This document shows, in pieces, positions 49,209-58,596 of a DNA stretch of 64,000 bases; positions within the stretch are counted from its first letter, which is position 1; each line of letters begins with the position of its first letter. The position numbers and the translations under genes were made by a program. Origin of the DNA: an uncultured Gammaproteobacteria bacterium (GTDB lineage Bacteria > Patescibacteriota > Patescibacteriia > Magasanikbacterales > UBA922); contig CAZFTR010000003.1 in assembly GCA_964522405.1 (NCBI GenBank), forward strand, positions 35,711 through 99,710, in the 5' to 3' direction. A model generated the notes under the pieces. The model saw nothing but the letters and a program-made list of their open reading frames with translations, had not been told where the DNA came from and did not search any database.

Positions 49209-50300
49209 ATGGAAAAAATTGATGAAATGGTAAAAATAACTTCTGATCTAATTAGAATTAGATCTACTCATGACAGACAAGATCAAATTGCCAAGTGTGT
49301 TGACTATGTGGCTGATTTTTTTAAAGAAACTGAATTAAAAGTTGAAAGATTTGAATCAGATGGTGTTGCTTCTCTTGTGGTAACCAAAAATACAAATTCA
49401 CCAACTGTTTTTTTATGTGGGCATGTTGATGTTGTTGATGGTCAAGAAAAACAATTTCTGCCAGAAATTGAAGAAGATAAAATATTTGGACGTGGAGCTA
49501 TGGATATGAAGAGTGGAGTTGCTATTATGATGATTCTTATGAAGGAGCTCTCAACAACTGAACATAATTTTGGATTGATGATTGTTGGAGATGAAGAAAT
49601 CGGCGGGGCCAATGGTTCAGCCTTTCTACTAGAGAAAGGCTATAGATGTAAGTCTGTGGTAATTGCTGACGGCGGTGAAAAAATTAATAGAATAATTGAA
49701 AAGGAGAAGGCCTCTTTGAGAATTAAATTAACTGCCAGTGGAAAATCTACACATAGTTCAAGACCATGGCTTGGCATAAATGCCAATGAAATATTAATTG
49801 AAGCTATTCAGAAAATTAAAACTTTATTTATAAATCTTGATGAGCATCCAGAGGATCACTGGGTAAAGACTCTTAGTGTCGGCAAAATAAATGGAGGCAT
49901 TGCTTATAATCAAGTTCCTGCAAGCGCTCAGGCAGAGTGTAATATTCGTTATACGGAAAATGAGACAAGAGATCAGATTATTTCTTCTATCAAAGCTGTT
50001 TTACCGGAAAATGTTGAAATTGAATATATAGGTATTTGTGACGGGTTTAAACTTGAAAAAGAAGATTCAATGGTTCAGGAATATCAAAAAGCAATAGAAT
50101 CAGTAGGAAAAACCCCTGAATTTCTTAAGACCCATGGTGGATCTGATGCAGGTTATTTTGCTAAATTGGGAATTCCGGTACTTATGAGCCAGCCTGAAGG
50201 TGCTAATCTTCATGCTGATGGTGAGTATGTTTATATATCTTCTATGGTTGATTATTATAAAATGTTGCGCAGTTTTTTAAATTCTGTAGCTTTAAAATAG
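49209..50300 (+). CDS. M20 family metallopeptidase/deacylase (ArgE/DapE-like)
   Basis: GHVDVV, GRGAMDMKSG, DEEIGG, GGSDA, H..GE; AT-rich. Confidence 0.92.
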   Translation: MEKIDEMVKITSDLIRIRSTHDRQDQIAKCVDYVADFFKETELKVERFESDGVASLVVTKNTNSPTVFLCGHVDVVDGQEKQFLPEIEEDKIFGRGAMDMKSGVAIMMILMKELSTTEHNFGLMIVGDEEIGGANGSAFLLEKGYRCKSVVIADGGEKINRIIEKEKASLRIKLTASGKSTHSSRPWLGINANEILIEAIQKIKTLFINLDEHPEDHWVKTLSVGKINGGIAYNQVPASAQAECNIRYTENETRDQIISSIKAVLPENVEIEYIGICDGFKLEKEDSMVQEYQKAIESVGKTPEFLKTHGGSDAGYFAKLGIPVLMSQPEGANLHADGEYVYISSMVDYYKMLRSFLNSVALK

Positions 50301-50447
50301 TATTTTAGCCTTTAATTAGCTTATTCTTGACAAAAAAAACCAATTTTGATATAGTAGTCACGCCCTTTTTTGGGCGTTTTGTCTTGTTACGATCCAAGAC
50401 TCGGTCGAAGGGGGATAATTAAATTATTAACTAAATCAGTATTTCGT

Positions 50448-51056
50448 ATGAATAATTATGAAATGCTTTGTGTATTACCAGGAACTTTAACAGAAACTGA
50501 AGTAAAAGAACTTCTGCAAAATGTTGAAGATACATTGAAGAAATACGGTGGTACAATTGCCAAAACCCATGACATGGGAAAAAACAGACTTGCCTATCCA
50601 ATGCAACACATTAGATATGGATATTTTCAACTTTTTTATTTTTCTGCAGAACCAGAGGCTCTTGCAGAGATTGAGCGCAGAATTCGCTTAATTGGAAAAT
50701 TGCTTAGAATAATTATTCGTGGCTATAATCCAGAAAAAGTTGACCCGGTAGAGTTTATTAGCTCTGCAAATATTACACCATCTGCGACTACAGCTCCTGA
50801 AAAAGAAGTTGCTCAGATTCCAGAAGTTACTATTCCAAAAGCCAAGAAACCAGCCATGCCAGTCGTGAAGAAAGAAGAAAAGCCTGCAGAAGTTTCAGAA
50901 ACTACAGCAGAAAAAGCAGACTTGCCTGCTGATAAGAAAGAAGAAAAGATTGCAGAAGAAAAACCAGCTCCAGAGAAAAAAGGTTCTGAAGTTACACTTG
51001 AGCAGATTGATGAGAAGCTTGATGAGCTTCTTGAAAAGGACTTGGAAAATCTATAA
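50448..51056 (+). CDS. rpsF: 30S ribosomal protein bS6 with long charged C-terminal tail
   Basis: YE.LC, GKNRLAYPM...YGYF; precedes ssb-rpsR. Confidence 0.93.
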   Translation: MNNYEMLCVLPGTLTETEVKELLQNVEDTLKKYGGTIAKTHDMGKNRLAYPMQHIRYGYFQLFYFSAEPEALAEIERRIRLIGKLLRIIIRGYNPEKVDPVEFISSANITPSATTAPEKEVAQIPEVTIPKAKKPAMPVVKKEEKPAEVSETTAEKADLPADKKEEKIAEEKPAPEKKGSEVTLEQIDEKLDELLEKDLENL

Positions 51057-51156
51057 AATATTTGAGATTTGCCAGTTAAGAATTATTTAATTTTTTGACT
51101 GACAGATCAGAAAAACTATGTTAACATGAAAATGTTAATTCATTAAGAAAAGTTCT

Positions 51157-51594
51157 ATGGACTTAAATCGAGCAACAATATTGGGGCGCTTAACTAGAGA
51201 TCCAGAAGTACGAAGTACAAATTCTGGACAGACTGTTACTTCTATGGGAGTAGCAACCGGAAGAGTTTGGACTGATCAGAGTGGTGTTAAACAAGAAAGA
51301 ACAGAATTCCACAATTGCGTTTTATGGGGCAGGCTTGGAGAGATCGCAGGTCAGTATCTTGCCAAAGGTAGACAAGTTTATCTAGAGGGAAGATTACAGA
51401 CACGTGATTGGACAGGCCAAGATGGTGTTAAGAGATATAAAACAGAAATTGTAGTAGAGAATATGATTATGCTTGGTGGGCCTCGATCAGGTGGTGCAGC
51501 TCCACAATCTAGTCAGGCTTCTGCTCCTGTATCAGATAATCTAGATAGTCAAGTAGTAGAAGAAGAAATTAAAGTGGAAGATATACCATTTTAA
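51157..51594 (+). CDS. ssb: Single-stranded DNA-binding protein
   Basis: GRLTRDPE, EGRLQTR.W, C-terminal DIPF. Confidence 0.98.
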   Translation: MDLNRATILGRLTRDPEVRSTNSGQTVTSMGVATGRVWTDQSGVKQERTEFHNCVLWGRLGEIAGQYLAKGRQVYLEGRLQTRDWTGQDGVKRYKTEIVVENMIMLGGPRSGGAAPQSSQASAPVSDNLDSQVVEEEIKVEDIPF

Positions 51595-51617
51595 TTTCAA
51601 ATTAAATAATTATCGTT

Positions 51618-51857
51618 ATGATTCACAAGAAGAAAAAGAGAATTCTTGGAAAAAAGAAACGCCAGTGTTATTTCAAAGTAAATAACATTAAACATGTTGA
51701 TTATAAGGATGTTCAAACTCTTAGACGTTTTATTTCATCTTATGGAAAGATTCGTCCAAGAAGAAAAACAGGACTTTCTGCAAAATATCAACGCAAAGTT
51801 GCCAATGCTATTAAGCAGGCACGCATTGCAGGATTGATTTCTTTTGTTCCAAAATAA
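51618..51857 (+). CDS. rpsR: 30S ribosomal protein bS18
   Basis: VDYKD...LRRFIS.YGKI.PRR.TG...QR....AIK.AR. Confidence 0.97.
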   Translation: MIHKKKKRILGKKKRQCYFKVNNIKHVDYKDVQTLRRFISSYGKIRPRRKTGLSAKYQRKVANAIKQARIAGLISFVPK

Positions 51858-51997
51858 AATTCTAAAAATATAGGCTTCTATTAAGAGGCTTATAAAAAAC
51901 ATCGGTTTATAACCGGTGTTTTTTTGTGTATAATGGTAGTAGCTTAATTTGGAACAAAGCATTTTTTGTTTCAGACGGTAAATCTTGATTAAATTTT

Positions 51998-52453
51998 ATG
52001 TCACAAGAAATTGAACCATCCGGTTTTAGTCGAGAGGCAGAACCTTCCCACGAAACCAAGGAGTCAAAAGAAAAAGAACTAAGCCAGGAATTAAAAGCTG
52101 CTGCTGCCATGGAGCGCGCTGATTATCTGGCTGGTGAAGTGAAGCAAAGTAAGAAACAAATGCAAAATATTATTGTGCACATGCAGCAGGTTTTAAATAC
52201 TATTCGTCAGTTGCGAGCACAGCTTCAGCTTTCTACAGATCAAGATGTTGAATCAGTTGAACAGGATAAAGAAAGGGTTGAAAAATTGAAAAAGAAAATT
52301 GCTGAATATTCTGATGAACTTTTGAAAATGAAAGATGAACTTATTGCTGAACAAATGCAAGAATTACAAAATCAAGGAAAAGTGACAAATGATGCACTGA
52401 AAGAAACAGCAGAGAAAATGGTTGATGAAATTTTAAAAGTAGCTCAAGAATAA
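51998..52453 (+). CDS. Coiled-coil hypothetical protein
   Basis: Q/E/K-rich heptads; native codon usage. Confidence 0.7.
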   Translation: MSQEIEPSGFSREAEPSHETKESKEKELSQELKAAAAMERADYLAGEVKQSKKQMQNIIVHMQQVLNTIRQLRAQLQLSTDQDVESVEQDKERVEKLKKKIAEYSDELLKMKDELIAEQMQELQNQGKVTNDALKETAEKMVDEILKVAQE

Positions 52454-52460
52454 TTTTACT

Positions 52461-54236
52461 ATGCGCCTGTCAAAACAAAACCAAGGATTTACTTTGATAG
52501 AGATATTGGTGTCATTGGCTATTTTTGCTTTGTTTGTGGTTGGAATTTATGGTGGAATTCAGTTAGTTTTCAGAATTGTTTATCAATCTCGAGTTACTAT
52601 TATTGAGTCAGCAATTCTCAATGAACAAGTTGAAATAGTTCGTAATTTAGCTTTTGCTGATGTTGGGATTGTCGGAGGAAGTCCATCTGGTCTCCTTGCT
52701 CGCACTGTGACTACCACCAGAAATAATATTGATTTTGAAATAACTCGAACCATTAGAAATATTGATGACGCTTATGATGGAACTGTTGGGGGTAATCCAA
52801 ATGATACTGCTCCTGCGGATTATAAATTGGTGCAAATTGAAATAAATTGTTCAAGTTGTAATCAGAGAAATCCGTTATCAGTGCAAACCTATGTGTCACC
52901 AAAATATCTGGAAGGTAATCCAGAAAATGGCGCATTATTTGTTCAAGTTTTTGATGCCAGTGCTCTACCGGTGCAAGGTGCCCAAGTTCATGTAGTTGCA
53001 ACTTCAACTGCTGTACCTGTTGATTTTACAGACACAACTGACAATGATGGGATGTTGCGCATTGTCGACCTTAGTCAGGGTCTTGGAGCTTATGATATTA
53101 CAGTTAGTAAATCCGGATTTACTAATGATGCCACTCTGAGAGCAACTCAATCAATTCCAAATCCGGTTAAGCCACCAGCTTCTGTCATTGCTCAAGATGT
53201 TAGTGAGATCAGTTTTGCAATTGATCAGATTTCTTCAGTAGATATTTCAACTATTGATGAGCAGTGTCAAGTAGTTGCTTCTGTGCCTTTTACTTTTCGT
53301 GGAACAAAATTATTGGGTACAGACCCTAATACTCTAAAGGTAAACAGCTCGGTTCAGACCAGTGGCAGTGGAACTTATACTTTTCCTTCTTTGGAGTGGG
53401 ATTCTTACGCAGTTTCTGTCAGTGATTATGATTTGATTGGTAGTATTCCAAATATTCCTTTTACATTGTTACCAGCATCAAATCAGCCAGTTCAGTTAAT
53501 AGTTGGGTCAAATGCTAGCAATTCACTTTTGATTAGTGTCAGAGATGGGATTACAGGACAGCCAGTGCCAAATGCAAGTGTTCAAGTAAGTTCCGGAGGA
53601 TTTGATCAGACCAAAATCACTGGTGTTGGAAGTACGCGACAAACTGATTGGTCTCTCGGATCTGGACAGTTATTTTTTTCTAATCAATCACAGTATTGGT
53701 TTGATGATGGTGGTATTGATGTAAATAATCCGGATGGAGATATTAAATTATTGCAAATTGGACAAAACTACGTTGCTTCAGGCGAGCTTGAATCTTCAAT
53801 TTTTGATCTTGGTACAGGTGTTGATTATGTAAATATAATTTGGGAGCCAATTTCCCAGCCAGAAGATACAGATTTGAAGTTTAGAATTGCAACTGCTGAC
53901 AATACAAATCCATCAGCTTGGGATTATTTCGGATATGATGGAACTACAAGTACTTATTATACAATTGAAAATTCTGTAATAAATTCTCTTCATGACGGAG
54001 ACAGGTATTTGAGATATAAAGCATATCTCGGCACTAGTAATTCAACATCAACTCCAGTTTTTTCTGATATCTCTTTTACTTTTACCAACAGCTGCACTCC
54101 GCCCGGCCAGGCCTATTATACTCCGAGCTCTGGAAATTATGATGTGCAAATTACTCATGGAAGTTATCAAGTTTATAATACCAATGTTGAAGTTAGTGGT
54201 GATGTATTTTTAACTGCTGACTTGGTGGCACAATAA
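52461..54236 (+). CDS. Large type IV minor pilin with beta-sandwich domains
   Basis: G|FTLIE prepilin site; carboxypeptidase-regulatory-like repeats (PVQGAQV, PVPNASV). Confidence 0.85.
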   Translation: MRLSKQNQGFTLIEILVSLAIFALFVVGIYGGIQLVFRIVYQSRVTIIESAILNEQVEIVRNLAFADVGIVGGSPSGLLARTVTTTRNNIDFEITRTIRNIDDAYDGTVGGNPNDTAPADYKLVQIEINCSSCNQRNPLSVQTYVSPKYLEGNPENGALFVQVFDASALPVQGAQVHVVATSTAVPVDFTDTTDNDGMLRIVDLSQGLGAYDITVSKSGFTNDATLRATQSIPNPVKPPASVIAQDVSEISFAIDQISSVDISTIDEQCQVVASVPFTFRGTKLLGTDPNTLKVNSSVQTSGSGTYTFPSLEWDSYAVSVSDYDLIGSIPNIPFTLLPASNQPVQLIVGSNASNSLLISVRDGITGQPVPNASVQVSSGGFDQTKITGVGSTRQTDWSLGSGQLFFSNQSQYWFDDGGIDVNNPDGDIKLLQIGQNYVASGELESSIFDLGTGVDYVNIIWEPISQPEDTDLKFRIATADNTNPSAWDYFGYDGTTSTYYTIENSVINSLHDGDRYLRYKAYLGTSNSTSTPVFSDISFTFTNSCTPPGQAYYTPSSGNYDVQITHGSYQVYNTNVEVSGDVFLTADLVAQ

Positions 54237-54247
54237 TTTTTTGAAAA

Positions 54248-54868
54248 ATGTTGAAAAAAATAATTAAAAATCAAAATGGATTTACAGTGCTGGAATTAAC
54301 AGTTGCAGTGGCAATTTTTGCTATTTTGAGTTTGGCAGTTTCATGGTTGGTAATCAGAAGTTGGAGATCAAATGCTGTAATTTGGGAACAGCTCACCACT
54401 CAAAATGATGGAAGAAAAGCTGTAAAGCAAGTTGTAGATGATGTTCGTCGAGCAGAAGAATCAAGTCTTGGTTCATTTCCAATTGTTCTTGCTGATGATT
54501 ATGAATTGGCCTTTTACGCAAATATTGATAATGATAGTATTCGCGAAAGAGTTAGATTTTGGCTTGATGATTCAAATTTGAAAAAAGGCATAATTGAGCC
54601 AACTGGAAATCCTCTGCAATATGACATCCAAACAGAGACAGAAGTAATAATAGCAAGTGATGTGGTCAATACTACCAGTTCAGTTCCGGTTTTTTCATAT
54701 TATGATTCTAGTTATACGGGCGAAGAGTCGGCAATGATAACCCCTGCCAATATTACTGATCTTAGAGTGGTAAAAGTTCAATTGGAACTTGAAAAAGATC
54801 CAACAGAAACACCAGTTCCGCTCCATGTTGAAAGTACAGTGCAGATTCGTAATTTAAAAGATAATTAA
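54248..54868 (+). CDS. Type IV minor pilin (PilW-like)
   Basis: G|FTVLE prepilin site; C-terminal QIRN. Confidence 0.85.
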   Translation: MLKKIIKNQNGFTVLELTVAVAIFAILSLAVSWLVIRSWRSNAVIWEQLTTQNDGRKAVKQVVDDVRRAEESSLGSFPIVLADDYELAFYANIDNDSIRERVRFWLDDSNLKKGIIEPTGNPLQYDIQTETEVIIASDVVNTTSSVPVFSYYDSSYTGEESAMITPANITDLRVVKVQLELEKDPTETPVPLHVESTVQIRNLKDN

Positions 54869-54872
54869 TTTG

Positions 54873-56267
54873 ATGATGTTTGTAAAAAAAATACTCAAAG
54901 AAATATTATTGAGCAAATCAGGTAGCATGCTGGTCTTTGTGATGATTTTTGGGTTTATGGCTTTTACTGTGATTATTTTGGGGGTAAGTGGTTATGCCAT
55001 GTTTGAAAACAAAGCCTCAAATCATCAAAAAGCTCGAACTGCTTCATTTCATATAGCAGAAGCTGGTGTAAATTATTATCGTTGGCATCTAGCACATAAT
55101 CCAACTGATTATCAGGATGGAACAGGTCAGCCTGGTCCCTACCTTCATGAGCATAAGGATAAAGATGGAAATCTAGTTGGCTATTTTTCTCTTGAAATTG
55201 ATGAGCCGTTGTCAGGTTCAACTATTGTGGTTGTTCGTTCAACTGGTTGGTTGGCAAGTGAACCAAATATCACCAGAACTATTCAAGTGCGCGTGGGTTT
55301 TCCAGCTTTAACTGATTATTCTTTTGTTGAAAATTCAAATATGAATTTTAGTCCAACAACTCAAGTTCATGGAAAAGTACATGCAAACGGAGGAATAAAA
55401 TTTGATGGTACGACTGACGCAGTTATACAGAGTGCAAAGGAAACTTACCAGTATGGATATCAGACTAAGCCGGGAATTTGGGGAGATGGTGGACCTACAG
55501 AGCTCTGGGATTTTCCAGTAGCTCCAAAAGATTTTAATTCTATAAGTGCTGATTTGGCTGCTGTTCGTGATCTTGCGGATAATGGGGGAATTCATCTTAA
55601 TTCTTCTGGTCAAGAGGGTTGGCATATTGTTTTTAAAGCAAATGGTACTTTTGATTTATATAGGGTTACTCAGAGACAGTGTTATTATGGAAATGGTTAT
55701 TTTTGGTGGTGGTGGTGGGTTGGGGATACTCATTGTTATGATATTCAGAGTGAGACTTTTGTACAAAATTATCAGATTCCTGAAAATGGAGCAGTTTTTA
55801 TAGAAGATGATGTTTGGGTTGATGGTGTGGTCGATGGAAGAGTTACTATTGGAGCTGGTAGATTTCCTGTTCTTGAATCTACTTATCAGGAAATTTACCT
55901 AAATGGAAATATAACTTATGAAGAGCAGGCCAGTGATGATGTTCTCGGGCTTATTGCTCAGGGCGATGTTATTGCTCCATATGATTTGCCGGATGATTTA
56001 GTTATAAATGCCGCAGTATTATCCCAATTTAAAAAAATTATCAGACCTTATTACCACAGCTCTTATAATCCAAGTATCAAAAATAGTCTGACATTTTTAG
56101 GGTCACAAATTTCTTATGATGGTGGTGGTTGGAAATGGGGTAACCCAGTTGTTTCCGGTTTTGTTAATACTAATTATATTTATGATGGAAATCTCAGGTA
56201 TTTTCCGCCGCCCGGCTTTCCTGTTGGAAATACTTATGAGCTTATAAGTTGGGAAGAAATTGAGTGA
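54873..56267 (+). CDS. PilX-like minor pilin/adhesin
   Basis: GS.L hydrophobic N-terminus lacking E5, IAEAGV, YD.NL...PPPGFP...SWEE. Confidence 0.8.
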   Translation: MMFVKKILKEILLSKSGSMLVFVMIFGFMAFTVIILGVSGYAMFENKASNHQKARTASFHIAEAGVNYYRWHLAHNPTDYQDGTGQPGPYLHEHKDKDGNLVGYFSLEIDEPLSGSTIVVVRSTGWLASEPNITRTIQVRVGFPALTDYSFVENSNMNFSPTTQVHGKVHANGGIKFDGTTDAVIQSAKETYQYGYQTKPGIWGDGGPTELWDFPVAPKDFNSISADLAAVRDLADNGGIHLNSSGQEGWHIVFKANGTFDLYRVTQRQCYYGNGYFWWWWWVGDTHCYDIQSETFVQNYQIPENGAVFIEDDVWVDGVVDGRVTIGAGRFPVLESTYQEIYLNGNITYEEQASDDVLGLIAQGDVIAPYDLPDDLVINAAVLSQFKKIIRPYYHSSYNPSIKNSLTFLGSQISYDGGGWKWGNPVVSGFVNTNYIYDGNLRYFPPPGFPVGNTYELISWEEIE

Positions 56268-56352
56268 ATAACTAAATAGCCAAAAATGGTTTTTTTTGAT
56301 ATAGTATTGTAAGGATTTGCATGCAAGTCCTTATCAGTAAAATAAATTTATT

Positions 56353-57234
56353 ATGAGTAAAGTTAGAAAAGGCGTAATTACTGTCGCTGGTCTTGGTACA
56401 CGTTTTTTACCAGCCACAAAAGCTATGCCAAAAGAGATGTTGCCAGTACTTGATAAGCCGGTAGTCCAATATATAGTAGAAGAAATGGCAGCAAGTGGAA
56501 TTACAGAAATAATATTTGTAACCAGTTCAAAGAAAACAGCAATTGAAGATCATTTTGATCGAAATCATGATTTTGAATGTGCATTAGAGAAGGCTGGAAA
56601 GTTTGAAAGATTAAAGCCATTGGTAGAATTATCCAAAAAAGTTCGTTTTTTCTATACCAGACAATCAGCTCCTCTTGGAAATGGTCATGCCCTGCTCTGC
56701 ACTAGGGAATTTATTGGAAATCAACCTTTTGCTTTTTCAGACGGGGACAGCATTATTGATTCCAAGACTCCCGTTATTAAGCAGTTGGTCAAAGTTTTCA
56801 ATAAGCAAAAGGCCTCTGTTATTGGGGTTCAGAGAATTGATGACAAAGAAGCAATGACTAAGTACGGGAATGTATATGCTAAGCCTCTTAAAGAAAAAAG
56901 AACTTATAAAGTAAGTGAATTTATAGAAAAACCAAAATTAAAAAATGTCTCACCGGAAGGATTAATAGTTGGTGGGATGAGATATATTTTCACCAGCGAT
57001 ATTTGGAATTTTCTTGAGAAACAGAGAAAAGGAAAGGGCGGGGAGATCTGGCTTGCCGACGCAGCAAACGCACTTGCCAAGAAAAAACCATTTTTTGCTT
57101 ATGAATATGAAGGAAAGTATTTTGATACCGGCAACAAGGCATCGCTGCTTAGAACCTCACTCCACTTTGCCATGAAAGATCATGATTTAAAATCAGAAGT
57201 TTTAAATTTATTAAAAGAAAAATCAGAAATATGA
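56353..57234 (+). CDS. galU: UTP-glucose-1-phosphate uridylyltransferase
   Basis: AGLGTRFLPATKAMPKEMLP, PLGNGHA, IEKP, DTG. Confidence 0.95.
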   Translation: MSKVRKGVITVAGLGTRFLPATKAMPKEMLPVLDKPVVQYIVEEMAASGITEIIFVTSSKKTAIEDHFDRNHDFECALEKAGKFERLKPLVELSKKVRFFYTRQSAPLGNGHALLCTREFIGNQPFAFSDGDSIIDSKTPVIKQLVKVFNKQKASVIGVQRIDDKEAMTKYGNVYAKPLKEKRTYKVSEFIEKPKLKNVSPEGLIVGGMRYIFTSDIWNFLEKQRKGKGGEIWLADAANALAKKKPFFAYEYEGKYFDTGNKASLLRTSLHFAMKDHDLKSEVLNLLKEKSEI

Positions 57235-58571
57235 TTTCTTTAAATAAAATCAGGATTTCAGCATTTGTATTTTTTCTTGCTGCGGGTTTTTTGGTGTTTG
57301 CTGGTGGGGTTGGGGCTGCAGCGGAAGGATATTGTTTTTATTTGGAACCACCGGGTTTAACAGATTTATGTTATAAATATGATAAAGCTGCAAATGAAAT
57401 AGATGCAGATAGTTTAGCAGGTTGCAATACTTGGTCAGAAGAGTTAACCAAGGGAGAGGCTTTCCCGGAAAAATTAGTCGGTGGTATAGAGTTAGAGAAA
57501 TTTTCTACTGGTTGTCCTGATTTAAATATGTTAGATGCTGACGGTTCAGTAATGTATAAAATGAGTCATGTCCAAGTAAAGACCGGTGATCAAATTATTT
57601 TGTTTCCTATCCCGGTTGGAGCTTTGGAGATAAATTCAGATGCTTTGGCTGGAATTTTACCTAATATTTCTCACCCTAAATTTGTTTCCAGCGCTAATAA
57701 GCAATTGAATCCGACATTAACCCTAGAGCAAGTAAAAAAAGCAATTCAATTATTACAAACAAAAACTTGTTGTGTTCCCAAAGATCCAGATGCTGGACTG
57801 AAGTGTGGGGTTGCTGAATTAACAGATTTTGTTAAATCAGGTTTAAATGACAAGAACATTGCTATAAATTCGCCATTTGACTTTAAGCAAATTGAGAATT
57901 GGATTAATCCGCAAAATCCAGCTCAACCAAAATGGACTGATTTGTTTAAATGTCCGGTTCCTAAAAATATCCTTGGAGGAGGATATGCACTTTATACTGA
58001 TATTTCATGTTCTAGCCCATCACCAGTCGAAGCGCCGTCAGATAAGTATAATCAACAGCAGGGTGGAGTTATTATTGCTATAAGCGGGTATTGTGGTAGA
58101 AGTGAATCTTATCAATACTGCGCTTGTGATAAGGAGATTACCAGTTGCTACAAAACAGACAAAGCAAATGAACTAGATTGTCAAAAGGAAGCAACTCAAA
58201 AATTTGGAGCAGGTGCTTTTTGTCAAAAAACCATTATTGGTCATTCATGTAGTTTTAAAAAAGGCGGTGAATATACTGGTCCTACAGGATTATCAAACGA
58301 AGAGCTAAAAGCCATGGTCAAAGGACTGCATAAACTTCAAACTACAGATATAAGAGTTTTGATTGGTAATGCCATCAGAGTTTTAATGGGAATTATGGGA
58401 AGTATCGCTCTTGCTATGTTTACACTTGGTGGAATTATGTTTATGACAGCTTCCGGTAACGCAGAAAAGACTAAAAAAGGAATCAATATTGTAGTTTGGA
58501 GTGGACTTGGTTTGATTGTTATAGTATCAAGTTATGCTCTGGTTGATTTTATTTTGAAGGTTTTGAAATAA
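57231..58571 (+). CDS. Cys-rich exported protein with C-terminal VirB2/TrbC-like (CPR T4SS-type) pilin domain
   Basis: GG..FMTASGN.EK.KKG...VW..LGL two-helix motif. Confidence 0.8.
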   Translation: MISLNKIRISAFVFFLAAGFLVFAGGVGAAAEGYCFYLEPPGLTDLCYKYDKAANEIDADSLAGCNTWSEELTKGEAFPEKLVGGIELEKFSTGCPDLNMLDADGSVMYKMSHVQVKTGDQIILFPIPVGALEINSDALAGILPNISHPKFVSSANKQLNPTLTLEQVKKAIQLLQTKTCCVPKDPDAGLKCGVAELTDFVKSGLNDKNIAINSPFDFKQIENWINPQNPAQPKWTDLFKCPVPKNILGGGYALYTDISCSSPSPVEAPSDKYNQQQGGVIIAISGYCGRSESYQYCACDKEITSCYKTDKANELDCQKEATQKFGAGAFCQKTIIGHSCSFKKGGEYTGPTGLSNEELKAMVKGLHKLQTTDIRVLIGNAIRVLMGIMGSIALAMFTLGGIMFMTASGNAEKTKKGINIVVWSGLGLIVIVSSYALVDFILKVLK

Positions 58572-58596
58572 ATATAGCCAATAGAAAAAGTTTCTT

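Noticed and set aside
50780-51056. Long Lys/Glu/Pro tail of bS6
   Set aside because: Low-complexity tails are common on CPR ribosomal proteins
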